64,000 nt of DNA from Acidobacteriota bacterium (GCA_036507075.1 DASXQR010000017.1:1-64000), one strand, 5' to 3'; shown: positions 40,055-51,064, numbered from the stretch's first letter. Made by a program: numbers and translations. Notes: generated by a model not told the origin, from the letters alone.

Positions 40055-43000
40055 TCACGGAGAAGCATCGGTCACCGTGTAAAGTTTCCCGTCGCGCAGA
40101 TACATTCGCTGCATCTCCTTCAAATTCAGGGGACGTGCTCCACGGCGGCCAAAGACCGCGATCTGGTTGCCGCTTTCGTCTGCGGCGCGATCGCGGTCCA
40201 AGCCCTTTGATAATGCCACGGCGGGGCCTCGTGTGCGGTATGTGGCGATCAGTTCGGGAGCGGGCGCCGGGCTGAAGCCGTAGTTGCCTTCTGTTCTGGC
40301 CGGGGAGGTCAATTGCAGTACACGCAATCCGTTTTGGCCGTCAGCGATGTAAGCGTAAAGGCTGGCACTGGTCATGGCCACTTTCACCGCATGAGCATCG
40401 TTGATTTTTCCGCCGGCGTTGTAAGTCAAAAAGAGCCTGGGAAATTCCGGCCTTTCGATGTCGAGAATCACCAACCCGTTTTTGCCGGCAGCGACATAGG
40501 CATACGTCCGTGCCAGGTAAATATCGCGGGCATCTTCAAGGCGCACCGTCCCGCTTTCCACGGGATGCGCTTTTTCAGGAATAGTCACATCGACCACCTT
40601 CAGCCCCTGGTCGTCTATTATGAAAGCGTAGCGAAATTGAATCGCGACCGCTTTGGCCTTCGAGAGAAATGGGCCTTCGATGATGGATGCCACTCTTGGT
40701 TTCAGGGGATCTGTCAGGTTCAGTATCGCCAAGCCGCGATCGCAGGTGATGTAGACATAGTTTCCCGCAATCGCCAGATTGCTCGCGCCGTTGAGCAGGC
40801 CATTGGGATTGTAGGTGAGTGAGCGTTCCAGGAAGTTGTTGGTTGGGTCTCCGTCCAGCAGAGTCGCGGCGCCAACAAGGATCAATCCTTCGTACCTGTC
40901 TGTAAAAAAGATGTACCCGTAAATCGGCGCGGGAAGTTGTTCGTCGTTTTCCTGTCTGTGACTTCGCGCCGGATCCACTGCCAGGGTAGAGGGCGCGGCC
41001 ACGGCGGTCGCGAATTTGCTTTTCACGTAAAAGCGCTGACCCGCCGGCGAGACCGGCGCTGACACCATTCTTTCTGAAAACCCCTTGTGGTCGATCTGCG
41101 CCACGTCGAAAACTTCAAGCCCCCCCGGGCCGTTCGCCGTGTAGAGATATTCCCCGCGCAGCTGCAGGCCGGCGGTTTCGCCGTGGTGATGATAGGCTTC
41201 TTTTAGCTGCTCGCCACGCTGCCTGTGTTTCCGGTAGTTCTCAGGATAGGCAATGCGATGCAGCTCGCTGCCGATGACTGCCTGCGGCTCGTCCCGCTCG
41301 GTGACGACGACAGCCTCGAACCCGTGTTTCTCTTCTCCCACATAGACGAACCTTCCCATGAAATTCACAAAATTGGTTCCCTGCATCAGCAACTGTGCCA
41401 TCACGGCATTGTTGTCGTTGTACTTTGAAACGTGGCAATCCGTGCAGGTCTTTGTCTCCGCGGCCCTCACTGTGTGCGGCACGTGGGTGCTGAACGCCTG
41501 GCCGCTGAAACCTTCGGCTGAGACAGTTTGCTGTTGTGAATAAACCCACTCGCGATTCCCCGTCTGTGAGGCAACAAGAACCGCGCTGCGTGATGCCGCG
41601 GGCGCCACACGGTGGCCGGTTACAGTGCCGTCGATTCCCAGCATATAGACATCGTCGCGAACGACTTGAAAGTTGTAGGAAGTCCAGTTTCGGGTGGTCT
41701 GTCCTTCGTTGTGCAGCATCGGTCGTTTCTTGTTTGCAGTCATCGACAGGTGGCACCCAAAACATCCGGTCATCCATGAGGAATGGCACGCGTAGCAGGT
41801 CATGCTGGAGTTGGGATGCGCCAGCAGTTTTTCATCTGCAGGTACTCCCCAGGTGGTTCCGTCCTTCTGAAGAGTTTTGGCCAGCCGGGACTTCTCACTG
41901 TAATGAGACAAACCGGGCGTGACCGAGTCCAATGTCTGCACGATTTCCCACTCCTGCCCCTCCTTGACCATGGAACGCTGGATTATCCTGTCTCCGATGA
42001 CCTCAAAGCGTTTCCGGCCCCAGGGAGTACGCAGCGTGCTCAGGTTTGTTCCCTGAGGCGGCGCCGCAAAGCCGCTGGTCTTGAGCGTGGTACGCTGCGT
42101 CACGGTCCCGTGGCAGTCAGTGCAGTCGATTTCAATGGCGCCACGCGGCTCGTTATAGAGCTTGCCGTTGCCGTGTGCGTCCTGCTCAAAGTGGCAGTCG
42201 ACACAGTGCATTCCTTTCTCCAGATGGATATCCTTCAAATGCACTGCCTTTCTGAATTTGTCAGGATCGCTATGAGGAACAATCTTGCCGTCTTTATCAA
42301 GCAGGTTGCCCTTTCGATCCTGTTTGTATACGGCGCGAAAGACCCAGCCATGCCCGTGGAAATCGGCAAATTGCGTGCGCTTCAGTTGCGGATTGAGATT
42401 GGTAAGATCCGCCAGGAATTGGGGATCGGACCAAAGGCCCCGGATTGCCGAGCCTTCAGGATTGCGCTGCTGAATCTCGGCCACCTGGTTGGGCGAAAGT
42501 TTCTTTTCCCTGGACGGATACATCAGTTCGCCATCGGTCTCGTTGTCCCACCAGGTGTATCCGAAGTAGGTGCTCACCATGTTCGTGCCCGGATGCATAT
42601 GACACACCATGCACTGGCTGGAGGGGATGGAGCGGGTCAGGCGATGGCGTATCGGATGCCCGGATTGATTTTTGGGAATAGTGGGATCGGGATTTGCCGT
42701 GCGTCCTGAATTTCCATAGACCGCATAAGCGCCCGAATGCAACGGCGAACGATCGTTTGCGTAGATGACGTGGCATGCAGTGCAACCGCTGTGTCGGTAA
42801 TCGCCGGGCTGATCGTTCGTACCCGGAAAATGCAGTATCGGATCGAGCAGTCTGGTCTTCTGCAATCCGAGGAATACCGGGTCGGTGCGATTGGCGGTTC
42901 CGAATCCCCGCACACTGAGGTTTTTGTCCGGCTTGCCGGGCTCTTCCTCCGGATTTGGAATCCCAATATCCGGCACCCGCAAGCCGCCGCGTTCAAATAC

Positions 43001-43813
43001 GCGGAGCACGTTTCCCGGCTGGGAGATTCCCCACTGCGATAGCGGATCCAGGTAAGGGAGAATCCCCTTCGCGCGCGTTTCCTCCGGTGTCGGGGGCGGA
43101 ACAGTTTGAATCCGCTGCGGCGTGCCGTCGCGTGCGTAACTCTCACCGAAGTGAGCATCCTTGAGCGGATAAGCGCCGTTGTTGTACAAAGCCGCTCCCC
43201 AAAGCATCGCGCCATGGGTCATCATGCTCTTTCGCACGTTGTAGGCTTCACGCGTATGACATCCTGCCGATCCACAGGTCTGATCCAGGACTCGAAGGTC
43301 GCCGGGGTTGTTAAAGCGGACAAATTCCTCGCTTTCCTGGTTCCACTGCGCGCCGATGCGAACGGGATTGGCGCTTGTCTTGAAAAAATCCTTCGATCGT
43401 GGCTGTGGATGCGCCTTCTCCTTCGCGCTGGTATCAGCGTTGCCGCCATGGCAATCGGTACATCCAAGGCGTACGGTTTCCTGTGCATGCATCGGTTCCA
43501 CGTTGGTGTGACAACCGGTGGAAGTGCATCCTGCACTCTTTCTGTCGGCTTCCTGCTGCGTTTGAAAGAGCAGGCTTTCTCGAAGGTCTGAAGAGGCGCG
43601 GATCTGAGAGAAAGTATTATAAGACCCGGTTTCGGGGCCCTTCTTGATCACGGACTGCCGGCCCGCCAGGGCCTCGTGCCGCGTTTGTGGCGAAGAGTCG
43701 CGAGCAACCTCTACAGGATCCAAAGCCGGCCGGAGCCCGGCGTTGCCCAGCGCGATAATTGCCGCACCGCCGATCAACGCAAGAATTCTCAGCGCCATCA
43801 ATCCTTGTTGCAT
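40055..43813 (-). CDS. Large exported multihaem cytochrome with C-terminal LVIVD beta-propeller repeats
   Basis: 8 CxxCH + 2 CX4CH; repeats [45 protein letters not shown]; signal peptide. Confidence 0.88.
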   Translation of the reverse strand: MQQGLMALRILALIGGAAIIALGNAGLRPALDPVEVARDSSPQTRHEALAGRQSVIKKGPETGSYNTFSQIRASSDLRESLLFQTQQEADRKSAGCTSTGCHTNVEPMHAQETVRLGCTDCHGGNADTSAKEKAHPQPRSKDFFKTSANPVRIGAQWNQESEEFVRFNNPGDLRVLDQTCGSAGCHTREAYNVRKSMMTHGAMLWGAALYNNGAYPLKDAHFGESYARDGTPQRIQTVPPPTPEETRAKGILPYLDPLSQWGISQPGNVLRVFERGGLRVPDIGIPNPEEEPGKPDKNLSVRGFGTANRTDPVFLGLQKTRLLDPILHFPGTNDQPGDYRHSGCTACHVIYANDRSPLHSGAYAVYGNSGRTANPDPTIPKNQSGHPIRHRLTRSIPSSQCMVCHMHPGTNMVSTYFGYTWWDNETDGELMYPSREKKLSPNQVAEIQQRNPEGSAIRGLWSDPQFLADLTNLNPQLKRTQFADFHGHGWVFRAVYKQDRKGNLLDKDGKIVPHSDPDKFRKAVHLKDIHLEKGMHCVDCHFEQDAHGNGKLYNEPRGAIEIDCTDCHGTVTQRTTLKTSGFAAPPQGTNLSTLRTPWGRKRFEVIGDRIIQRSMVKEGQEWEIVQTLDSVTPGLSHYSEKSRLAKTLQKDGTTWGVPADEKLLAHPNSSMTCYACHSSWMTGCFGCHLSMTANKKRPMLHNEGQTTRNWTSYNFQVVRDDVYMLGIDGTVTGHRVAPAASRSAVLVASQTGNREWVYSQQQTVSAEGFSGQAFSTHVPHTVRAAETKTCTDCHVSKYNDNNAVMAQLLMQGTNFVNFMGRFVYVGEEKHGFEAVVVTERDEPQAVIGSELHRIAYPENYRKHRQRGEQLKEAYHHHGETAGLQLRGEYLYTANGPGGLEVFDVAQIDHKGFSERMVSAPVSPAGQRFYVKSKFATAVAAPSTLAVDPARSHRQENDEQLPAPIYGYIFFTDRYEGLILVGAATLLDGDPTNNFLERSLTYNPNGLLNGASNLAIAGNYVYITCDRGLAILNLTDPLKPRVASIIEGPFLSKAKAVAIQFRYAFIIDDQGLKVVDVTIPEKAHPVESGTVRLEDARDIYLARTYAYVAAGKNGLVILDIERPEFPRLFLTYNAGGKINDAHAVKVAMTSASLYAYIADGQNGLRVLQLTSPARTEGNYGFSPAPAPELIATYRTRGPAVALSKGLDRDRAADESGNQIAVFGRRGARPLNLKEMQRMYLRDGKLYTVTDASP

Positions 43814-46083
43814 CAGTACGTTACCGCCAGTCCGACGAAAGTCGAGAAAAGTGTTTTCGACGTGAAAATGTCCCGGAAGCCGCGGCCCGGAATAAATGCT
43901 CCTACGCCGCCATTGATGATGAAGTTATTATTCAGCCATGGGCGCCACTTGACTCCGAGGCTCGCATCCATGCCGACAAAGCGGCGGATTCCGGACTGAA
44001 AAAGCAGGGCCTCCAAAACTTGAGTATGTGCAAACCACATCACGTTGACGTTGGCTGAGCCTCGTAATTTCGGAGTGACTTCTGCATCCATTCCCAGACC
44101 ACCCAGGTACAGTCCCGGGTTGACATAATTAGCCTGGCCTTCATCCTTGCTGCTTCGCAGACTTGGATTCAAGCTGAACCTTTGAGTGAGCCCCAAGCCC
44201 GTTCCCGTGAGCCGAAATCCTTGTCGCGTCCAAAAGCTGTTGCCCGCTCCGGCAAAGTTCACGTTATCGAAAATACTGTCGAAACCGCGCGAGCGATTGT
44301 CATTCGGGTTATCGTCGCCCGACACGTAGAAGAAAGACGCCTTATACCGCTTCCAGTCCCTGTCCAGTGACAACTCCAGAGCCGCCAGTTGCGCATTGAT
44401 GTCGGAATTGAGCGGCGCGAAGACCGCGTTTTGACCTGCAATCTGGCTGGGGATTTCCTGGCCCAGCACCTGGTAAAAGGCATGATCAATATTCCAGGAT
44501 CCGAAGTGGCCGTCTCCGGTCCATCCGAGGTAAACCGCGCTGATACTTTTGGGAATGACGTTCCCCACCTGGGCGGGACGAACCAGAAAACCATTCTCGT
44601 CAAAATGTACGCTGGGCCGGTCATGATTGAAATGAGCGCTGAATTGCGCCGTATAGCCGAGCGCGCCCAGGAAATCCTGGATGTAATAATTTGCGATTAA
44701 CACTTCCTGGCGTCTTTGCCTGAAAGTATTCAACCCGCTGTTAGTGTCCTTTTCCAGCATGTTGAAATAGGCCAGATTGTACTGGTGCTTGTTGGCTTTA
44801 AAGTTGCCAAACAGGCGTACGCCCGGCTCATTGTCCGAGAAGACAAAACCGCGAAAATCACTGGTGAACCCCTGCGTGCCCACCCGCAGCGACGCGAAGT
44901 CATAGAAGGGACTGGTCTCGGCCAGACGCGCTTCCACAAATGCCTCCTGCAGGGCGATGTGGGAATCGCTTCGCGTGTTGAAACGGCGCACATCGATATT
45001 CACCACCGCGTTTTCGCGGGCCTCAAGATAATTGACATTGAAAACGGGTGTGATGCGAAACCGAATGTCCACCGGCTTGAAAGTAGAGTAACCGCGAAAC
45101 AAGTCTGCCGACAGGATGAAATTCTGGTTGAACAGAAATGTTTCTCCGCGCGCGAAGAACTCCGGATTGTTCGGCTGCAAAGAACTGGGAGGACTGGGAA
45201 CGGGAAAACGCCGGTATTCCTCCAGGGAATCGCTGATGGCGCTGAAATTCAAAAACCAGCGATTGCCGAAAATCGGGTAATCGCCCTTCAGGACATTCTG
45301 GTTGAACGGGTCCCACCAGTGGCCGCGCACATAAGGATAGTCTCCATTGGCGGAGCGATACGGGGTGTAGCGATCCCAGCCGGGAAAGCCGATGCGCCAC
45401 CGATCAGCCACCGGAATGAAGTCTTCAGTCGCCTCCACGCGCGGGCGGTTGGAAACACGGCCGGCGTATCCAAGTGGCTGGTACTGGGAGGTGCGTGACG
45501 GATGCGCCACGTTTTCGACTGTTTCTGCTTCTTCAACCTGAGGCACGGGCCTGCGAAATGCCGGCGCAGTCTGGCTGGTCTCGGGTAGCTCCGGCTCTGC
45601 TTCCTTTGCGCCGGGTTCCTCCTGACCGGGGCGCCGGCGCAATCTTCGATCCGGGGGTACGCTCTCTTCGACCTTCATTTCTAAATTGAGCGTATATCGG
45701 TCGCGCAGAATAATTTCCCTGACTGACAGAGTCGGAAATCCGCTGCGCTCAGCAGTCAGGTCGTAAGTCCCCGGCTGAAGATTTTCAATCAGGAAGTTTC
45801 CTTCATTTCCGGTAACGGCTCCTTGCTGTTCTCCTGTTTGTCTGTTTATGACAGTGATGATGACCTGCGACAGGGGCGCGCCGGCAGTGTCGCGCACAGT
45901 CCCCTGCAGACGCGCTTGTTCGGACAGCCCCGGGCGTTCAGGGCGCCGAATCTGTGGCCGTGCCGCTTCCTTTCCCAACAAGGAAGAAAGGAAGCAGGAA
46001 AAAACAACCACGAGCGGAAGAAGTGTGTACCGCAAGCAGCCAACTGACCCGATCAAGCGCCCTTCTCTGGAGATCAAATTCAA
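43813..46083 (-). CDS. Outer-membrane beta-barrel with N-terminal carboxypeptidase-regulatory-like domain
   Basis: [26 protein letters not shown]; aromatic amphipathic strands, LQEAFVE, C-terminal VGLAVTY; stop overlaps next start. Confidence 0.75.
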   Translation of the reverse strand: MNLISREGRLIGSVGCLRYTLLPLVVVFSCFLSSLLGKEAARPQIRRPERPGLSEQARLQGTVRDTAGAPLSQVIITVINRQTGEQQGAVTGNEGNFLIENLQPGTYDLTAERSGFPTLSVREIILRDRYTLNLEMKVEESVPPDRRLRRRPGQEEPGAKEAEPELPETSQTAPAFRRPVPQVEEAETVENVAHPSRTSQYQPLGYAGRVSNRPRVEATEDFIPVADRWRIGFPGWDRYTPYRSANGDYPYVRGHWWDPFNQNVLKGDYPIFGNRWFLNFSAISDSLEEYRRFPVPSPPSSLQPNNPEFFARGETFLFNQNFILSADLFRGYSTFKPVDIRFRITPVFNVNYLEARENAVVNIDVRRFNTRSDSHIALQEAFVEARLAETSPFYDFASLRVGTQGFTSDFRGFVFSDNEPGVRLFGNFKANKHQYNLAYFNMLEKDTNSGLNTFRQRRQEVLIANYYIQDFLGALGYTAQFSAHFNHDRPSVHFDENGFLVRPAQVGNVIPKSISAVYLGWTGDGHFGSWNIDHAFYQVLGQEIPSQIAGQNAVFAPLNSDINAQLAALELSLDRDWKRYKASFFYVSGDDNPNDNRSRGFDSIFDNVNFAGAGNSFWTRQGFRLTGTGLGLTQRFSLNPSLRSSKDEGQANYVNPGLYLGGLGMDAEVTPKLRGSANVNVMWFAHTQVLEALLFQSGIRRFVGMDASLGVKWRPWLNNNFIINGGVGAFIPGRGFRDIFTSKTLFSTFVGLAVTY

Positions 46084-46088
46084 CGGAA

Positions 46089-46115
46089 GTAGAGACGCGA
46101 TATTATCGCGTCTCT
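46089..46115. repeat. GTAG-type REP palindrome in the divergent intergenic gap
   Basis: GTAGAGACGCGATATTATCGCGTCTCT. Confidence 0.75.
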
Positions 46116-46195
46116 GTGTTCGAATTGCAAAACTCTCCCCGTTGTGTAAAAATCTCCATCCTTTCCACTCCCTTCAATGCGTGTTTGAGCTCACG

Positions 46196-47890
46196 ATGAC
46201 GCGACGCGACTTGGCATTTGTTTTGTTTCTCTTTGCCCTTTGCTGTTTGACCAGCCGGGTCTCGGCTCAGACCGGGACCATCCGGTTTATTCCGCCCCGA
46301 GTGCCGGCTGCGGTAGAAGAGACGGTAGCAGAGAAGGTGTCGGACTCAAGCATTCTCACTGCCAGTGAAGTGGACTTGACAGTAAAGGGCGCCCTGCAGG
46401 CAGCCGGCGTTCCGGGATACTCCGTTGTTGTAGTAGACAGGGCTGGAAGAATTCTCGCGGTCTGGCAGCAGCCCGGAGCCACTCTGGAAACCGCCGAGCG
46501 GGCCCTTTCCCTGGCTCGAACGGGCGCTTTTTTCAGCAACGATCAAGCGCCGCTCTCTTCTCGAACGGTGCGCTTCATCAGCGGCATTCATTTACCGCCG
46601 GGAATTCGGCTGCAGCCGAACGCAGACCTTTACGGGATTGAAAATACCAATCGGGGCTGCGATTTCAATGCGCAATTCAACGAAGGCAAGTTTGTCCCGC
46701 GCGCCAAGTCGCTTCTGGCATTGCTGCGCGATGAGAATCCGCAACTTGGCCCCTCGCTTCCCTGCAATGCTTTCGACCAAAGTGGATGCGGAGTTGGAAT
46801 CAGCACGGGCAAGTACTCAGGACGCTTTGAAGAGGGCCGCTTGATTGACATCGAGCTTGACGAGAAGTTGGATCAAAAGCCGCTGCAGGTGGACGGAGGC
46901 GGCATACCGTTATTTAAAGACTGCCGCGTAGCCGGCGGTATAGGTATTTTTGGTATTCCGCCGGCGCAGGCAGAATTTGCAGCGCTGGTGGGAAGTATTT
47001 CAGGTGGGCCTTCATTTGGGCCGCTTTCCTGCCTCCCGCCGCCCGGTGCTGTTTTCCTCGCCGGATTACGGCTTCCTTTCATTGGGCCATTGGCAGCGCA
47101 ATTGCTCCAGTCTGGAAAGACTACTTTGCCGGGAACCAGCCCGGGAACGTCCGTGGGCGCGTATCTCGTGCTGCCGCGTGATGGCGTCGTCGCTGCGGAT
47201 GGATGGCTGGTTGGGGGGCCTGATAATCCAAAAAACAGCGCTGAACTGTCAGCTTCCGAAGTTCAGACCATTGTCCAGCAGGCGATTGATCAGGCAAATA
47301 AGACGCGCGCAGCGATTCGGCTGCCGCCTGGCAGCCGCACCCGTATGGTCATTGCCGTTTCTGATGTGCGCGGCAATCTGCTGGGCCTGTATCGGATGAC
47401 CGATGCCACCGTGTTCAGCATCGATGTGGCTGTGGCCAAATCACGTAACGTGGTTTACTTCAGTAGTGAGCGGCTCGACCCGCGTGATTTACCCGGCGTC
47501 ACGCCGGGCACAGCCGTGACCAATCGAACCATTAGCTTTGGATCCCAGCCGCTGTTTCCCCCGGGCATTGATTCTACCCTCCATGAACGGGGTCCCTTCT
47601 TTGACCTTTTTTTGCGCGACCTGGCCAGTCCCTGCTCTCAGGGATTCGACACGGAAAACAAGGAGAACGTTAACGGGATTGTCTTCTTTCCTGGCAGCGC
47701 GCCCCTTTTCAGAAATGGAAAGCTGATCGGAGGACTGGGGATCAGCGGCGACGGCGTGGATCAGGACGACGTGGTCACCGCTGCTGGAACCATCGGCTTT
47801 GAGGCGCCGCTTTCCATTCGCGCCGATCAATTTCTTTTGCGCAGCGTGCGCTTGCCCTATATAAAGTTCAATCGGAACCCTGAGAACTGA
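46196..47890 (+). CDS. Exported tandem GlcG/HbpS-family haem-binding protein
   Basis: Two domains: VVVVDRAGRIL...GGGIPLFK..VAGGIG and IAVSDVRGNL...SIDVAVAKSR...PGSAPLFRNGKLIGGLGISGDGVDQDD; signal peptide from ATG 46196. Confidence 0.8.
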   Translation: MTRRDLAFVLFLFALCCLTSRVSAQTGTIRFIPPRVPAAVEETVAEKVSDSSILTASEVDLTVKGALQAAGVPGYSVVVVDRAGRILAVWQQPGATLETAERALSLARTGAFFSNDQAPLSSRTVRFISGIHLPPGIRLQPNADLYGIENTNRGCDFNAQFNEGKFVPRAKSLLALLRDENPQLGPSLPCNAFDQSGCGVGISTGKYSGRFEEGRLIDIELDEKLDQKPLQVDGGGIPLFKDCRVAGGIGIFGIPPAQAEFAALVGSISGGPSFGPLSCLPPPGAVFLAGLRLPFIGPLAAQLLQSGKTTLPGTSPGTSVGAYLVLPRDGVVAADGWLVGGPDNPKNSAELSASEVQTIVQQAIDQANKTRAAIRLPPGSRTRMVIAVSDVRGNLLGLYRMTDATVFSIDVAVAKSRNVVYFSSERLDPRDLPGVTPGTAVTNRTISFGSQPLFPPGIDSTLHERGPFFDLFLRDLASPCSQGFDTENKENVNGIVFFPGSAPLFRNGKLIGGLGISGDGVDQDDVVTAAGTIGFEAPLSIRADQFLLRSVRLPYIKFNRNPEN

Positions 47891-47908
47891 GCAAATTCTC
47901 CGAATGCC

Positions 47909-49333
47909 ATGGCCAAAAAGAAATACGATCTGATCGTCATTGGTTCAGGACCTGCCGGAGAAAAAGGCGCTGCACAGGCGGCTTATTTCGGAAAAAAAGT
48001 AGCCCTCATTGAAAAGGAGCCTGTGCTCGGGGGCGCCGCTGCCAACACGGGGACTCTTCCTTCTAAAACATTGCGAGAGACTGCTCTCTACCTGTCCGGT
48101 TTTCAACAACGCGAATTGTACGGCGTCAATATCGGAATGAAGGAAAAACTAACGGTTCCAGATTTTTTGTTCCGGGAAAGACTGGTAAAGGAAAATGAGA
48201 GAGCCAGGATCATGGAAAATTTGAAGCGCCACAACGTGGAGCTGTATATGGGGATCGCCTCCTTTGTCGACCCGCACACGGTCTTGATCCATCCAGCCAG
48301 ATCCGCGGATGTGCAGATTCAGGGGGCGGTCATTCTTATCGCCACTGGTTCATATCCTCATCGGCCGCCCATTTTTCCATTTCATGATCCGCGCATTTAT
48401 GACTCCGATTCCATTCTTACCATGCACAATATGCCTCCCACGATGGTGGTGGCCGGCGGAGGCGTGATCGGCTGCGAATATGCGTGTATGTTTGCGGCTT
48501 TCGGTATCGATGTTTCGCTTGTGGAAGTACGAGAGACGTTAATGGGTTTTTTGGATCCGGAAATCTCCGACATGCTGCGCGTGAGAATGGAGGCGATGGG
48601 AATTCACATGAAGATGCCTGACTCCATAGAGACGGTTGAGCCGGGCGCTGAGACCATCGAAATCCGGCTACAGTCGGGCTCTGTGCTCAATGCGCATACG
48701 ATTTTGGTCGCCTCCGGGCGCAGTGGCAACACTGAGACCCTGGCTTTGCAGAAAATCGGAATTGCGACCGGCAAACGTGGACAAATAGAGGTGAATGAGA
48801 ATTATCAGACCAATGTGCCAAATGTGTATGCCGTCGGGGATGTCATCGGCTTTCCGGCCCTGGCCTCTACCTCGATGGAACAGGCCCGTGTTGCAGTGGT
48901 TCACGCATTCGATTTGAAGTACAAAACACAACTGGCCAGCGTGCTGCCTTACGGAGTCTTCACCATTCCGGAATGTTCCATGGCTGGCGAGACGGAAGAC
49001 ACCCTTAAGGAGAAAAAGATACCCTATGTCGCGGGTAAGGCGCTCTATTCCGGCAACGCCCGCGGACAAATCATTGGTGACAACACGGGCTTTCTAAAAC
49101 TCCTTTTCCGCGAGGAAGACATGAAGCTCTTGGGTGTTCACATAATCGGCGAGCAGGCAACCGAAATTATTCATGTGGGTCTTAGCGCCCTGCTGCTCGG
49201 CGCCGGAGCCGACCTTTTCATTCAGACCTGCTACAACTACCCCACCCTCACTGAGATGTACAAATACGCCACCTATGACGCGCTCGGGCGCAAGGCGGCG
49301 AGACGCAAAAGCAAGGTCGCAGCTCAAGCGTAA
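47909..49333 (+). CDS. sthA: Soluble pyridine nucleotide transhydrogenase
   Basis: YDLIVIGSGPAGEKGA, GTLPSKTLRE, GDVIGFPALASTSMEQAR, NYPTL; lacks the lipoamide dehydrogenase CxxxxC. Confidence 0.9.
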   Translation: MAKKKYDLIVIGSGPAGEKGAAQAAYFGKKVALIEKEPVLGGAAANTGTLPSKTLRETALYLSGFQQRELYGVNIGMKEKLTVPDFLFRERLVKENERARIMENLKRHNVELYMGIASFVDPHTVLIHPARSADVQIQGAVILIATGSYPHRPPIFPFHDPRIYDSDSILTMHNMPPTMVVAGGGVIGCEYACMFAAFGIDVSLVEVRETLMGFLDPEISDMLRVRMEAMGIHMKMPDSIETVEPGAETIEIRLQSGSVLNAHTILVASGRSGNTETLALQKIGIATGKRGQIEVNENYQTNVPNVYAVGDVIGFPALASTSMEQARVAVVHAFDLKYKTQLASVLPYGVFTIPECSMAGETEDTLKEKKIPYVAGKALYSGNARGQIIGDNTGFLKLLFREEDMKLLGVHIIGEQATEIIHVGLSALLLGAGADLFIQTCYNYPTLTEMYKYATYDALGRKAARRKSKVAAQA

Positions 49334-49412
49334 GAGTTTCTTGTCAAAATTGAAAATTCGCGCCTTCGCGGTGAACCTCAGCGAGCAAGCCAAAACCGCC
49401 AATCCGTAGCCT

Positions 49413-50522
49413 TTAGTTCGGCTTTTTCGTCATCTTCACCTTCAGCTCCACTTCCTTTGTCGGCATCATCTGAGGCGCACCCGGACCCTTCATACCAGCA
49501 TAGGCCTGCAGCTCGCGGATTTTTTCCATCAGTTTCGTCGAGAACCCGTTGATCTCTGCGGGAGTCGCACCGGCTGCTTCAAACGCCTTCCTGAACTGCG
49601 GCTCACTCAATTGTCCTGCCAGATTGGCAAACCAACGCGCATGCTCGGTAGGCACTACCCCGACGGAAGCCTTGCCTCGATAATGCAGTTTAATCTCGTT
49701 GCCATTATTCAAGTAGCGATCGATGAATTTCTGGCGCCGGAAGTCTTCCAGATCCCAGCGATTTTTATTCATCGGCAGCACGGCCATTTTTCCGAAAGTG
49801 GCGCCCAGGTCGGAGATGATGTACCAGTCTTCAATCTCACCGCTTTCCTTCTTTGTCTCGATGATGTCGTTGTTGCTGCTCTTTGTATCCCAGTTATTAA
49901 GCATGGTCATCAGGATCTTTAACCCCGACAGTTCCCTGGTCCCGGCGAACGGATTGTCATCCCACTTCCATTGATAACCGAGATGATGCCGAGCCGGGGA
50001 CTTGTTTTTGAAGCGCGCGTTTGTGAAATTGCCGTCTGCGCGCAGAGATGAGTTCTTCTCGCGCTTCAATTTCCCGATGCCCTCAATGCGGCCTGATGGG
50101 ACAAAGTAGGTCTCGTCGACCATGTAGCCCAGAGACCATAAGATCCGGCCAGCGGCGACCTCGGAATGCACTTCATTGGTGCTGGATTCAAACTTGACGC
50201 CCCATTTGACGCCGCCTGCGTCCGTTACTTCGACTTTGGGGTTGCTGCCGCTGAGATCTTCCTTGATGAATTGAAAGGGCGGCTTGGGGGCACTCGCCGG
50301 ACTCCCTATTCCCCAGTAAAGGTCTTTGGAAGCGATGTCCCCCGGATCCTGCCAAAGCCTGGCTGTCCCGCTCGGTTTAGGTATCTCCTTGGTCTGCTTC
50401 GGTTTTTCAGCCGCGAACGAAGAAACACTGCAAAACGCAAAAACGAGCAGCCACAGCACCAACGCCGCTCGTCGCACACTCTCGTTGTAACGCATCATTT
50501 GACCCCTCTCAGTTCTGCTCAC
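49413..50522 (-). CDS. Exported protein with atypical kinase-like motifs
   Basis: Signal peptide ending SSFA; WGVKF, SEVAA, NWDTKSSNN, SDLG; start may be ATG ~50498. Confidence 0.6.
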   Translation of the reverse strand: MSRTERGQMMRYNESVRRAALVLWLLVFAFCSVSSFAAEKPKQTKEIPKPSGTARLWQDPGDIASKDLYWGIGSPASAPKPPFQFIKEDLSGSNPKVEVTDAGGVKWGVKFESSTNEVHSEVAAGRILWSLGYMVDETYFVPSGRIEGIGKLKREKNSSLRADGNFTNARFKNKSPARHHLGYQWKWDDNPFAGTRELSGLKILMTMLNNWDTKSSNNDIIETKKESGEIEDWYIISDLGATFGKMAVLPMNKNRWDLEDFRRQKFIDRYLNNGNEIKLHYRGKASVGVVPTEHARWFANLAGQLSEPQFRKAFEAAGATPAEINGFSTKLMEKIRELQAYAGMKGPGAPQMMPTKEVELKVKMTKKPN

Positions 50523-50672
50523 CTGATTTCAGGATACCAAAGACGATAAGCCAGTCCGCCCTGGAGGCCGAAAATTTTTGACATTTTCGGCCGCGCTGCA
50601 AGGCGGCGCTTCGAGCCAATTGCACCAATGGCAGAGCCCGTTGCGTTAGCAACCGGCCCTGCATGTTGCAAG

Positions 50673-50748
50673 CGGAGAGACGGCCTGAGGGCCGTCTAAG
50701 GGAATCTTCCATTTTGTGAGATGAGACGGCCCTTAGGCCGTCTCTCCG
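50673..50748. repeat. REP doublet, left of transposase relic
   Basis: CGGAGAGACGGCCTGAGGGCCGTCT ... AGACGGCCCTTAGGCCGTCTCTCCG. Confidence 0.88.
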
Positions 50749-50805
50749 ATCATCCCGATCATCTTTTTTTTTCGCAAAATCGCTTCCTGTCCGGTTATGT
50801 CCTGC

Positions 50806-51064
50806 ATGACTCTTTTTCGTAACTATTACCGAGTTGAATCCGCCAGACTGCAGCATTGGGACTATCGGTCTGGTTGTTATCACGTCACTGTCAATACCAG
50901 AGAAGGAAAGCACTGGTTTGGTGCCGTCAAAAGAAGTGAATCAATCTTTTCAATGGCAGGAAAGATTCCGTGATCAAGTTGTCCACAGCGAGAAACAGTT
51001 GAACGAGTTTAGAGAATATCTCGCGTTGAACCCGAGCAGATGGGAGATGAAACGGCAGAGGTAA
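50806..51064 (+). pseudogene. Internally deleted REP-associated tyrosine (IS200/Y1-type, RAYT) transposase
   Basis: Frame A (50806-50973) MTLFRNYYRVESARLQHWDYRSGCYHVTVNT...WFG; frame B FQWQERFRDQVV...EYLALNPSRW; no HUH core. Confidence 0.8.

Noticed and set aside
47909..49333. Dihydrolipoamide dehydrogenase
   Set aside because: It lacks the redox CxxxxC (reads GGAAANTGTLPSK), and its motifs fit SthA.
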